This document shows positions 63,720 through 64,000 of a DNA stretch of 64,000 bases, in pieces (within the stretch, counting starts at the first letter, position 1; each line of letters starts with the position of its first letter). Origin of the DNA: Marsupella aquatica (taxonomy: Eukaryota > Plantae > Marchantiophyta). The stretch is taken from assembly GCA_973895155.1 (NCBI GenBank), contig OZ316892.1, positions 6,252,847 through 6,316,846 of the forward strand, given 5' to 3'. A program made the translations under genes and the position numbers. The notes under the pieces were generated by a model. The model was given only the letters and a program-made list of their open reading frames with translations, was not told the DNA's origin and searched no databases.

Positions 63720-64000
63720 TGACATTAGTGTTACTAACACTAATTTTGGTAAAAATGATTTTGAGTCCAAGTAACACTAATTTTGGTCGGTTTTCAAAAC
63801 AGTTTTTTCACTTTAGTTTAAATTGCTTGTAAAAAATGGATGATCTTGAGTCCAAAGTAACATGAATTGTTGTGAATTTTTCAAAATAGTTTTTTCCCTC
63901 TATTTTTCCACTCTTAAGACAATGTGCGCAAAAATTGTGTGAGCAGTAAATTAGTGTGACTAACACTAATTCGTGAGTAAACCCTTAAAATGGGTGCTCT
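63720..64000. repeat. AATTAGTGT/ACACTAATT motif cluster (subterminal-repeat-like), also present at 61755-61800
   Basis: Direct and inverted copies, e.g. attagtgttactaacactaat and aattagtgtgactaacactaatt. Confidence 0.55.

Noticed and set aside
1-64000. tRNA, rRNA, snRNA genes or a prokaryote-like operon/defence system
   Set aside because: No recognisable signatures by eye; the genes are functionally unrelated spliced plant genes. Small ncRNAs cannot be excluded without Infernal/tRNAscan-SE.

Overview
This is eukaryotic nuclear DNA from a land plant with flagellated sperm, most likely a liverwort. That assignment is an inference from plant-type genes with GT-AG introns, a tau-class GST and an axonemal protein gene. 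Six host genes can be reconstructed: (1) an intronless tau-class glutathione S-transferase (+, 2876-3592); (2) a 4-exon FAP85-like flagellar microtubule inner protein (+, 6761-8588); (3) the large B-block-binding subunit of TFIIIC (-, 20361-30582); (4) a plant-specific uncharacterised protein with a probable transit peptide (+, 33187-34020); (5) a phytol/farnesol kinase (-, 39303-42109); (6) an ASHR3/ASHH3-type PHD-AWS-SET-postSET-Tudor histone methyltransferase (+, 51785-58093/58454) with an apparent U12 minor-spliceosome intron. Intergenic DNA is transposon-rich. It holds a 5'-truncated CRE-clade non-LTR retrotransposon with an 8-bp TSD and an unusual (TA)n+T10 tail, split by a 1111-bp solo LTR with a 5-bp TSD; a non-autonomous Helitron family (three copies) carrying satellite-like arrays; a Tc1/mariner-type MITE; a pair of inverted TIR elements; a nested higher-order tandem repeat; and many short tandem duplications. 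No rRNA, tRNA or CRISPR was seen. I cannot support a wholly new multi-gene system. The best leads are a possible alternative terminal exon of the flagellar gene with RPxT kinase motifs, the composite SET gene with its U12 intron, and the T-tailed CRE element.
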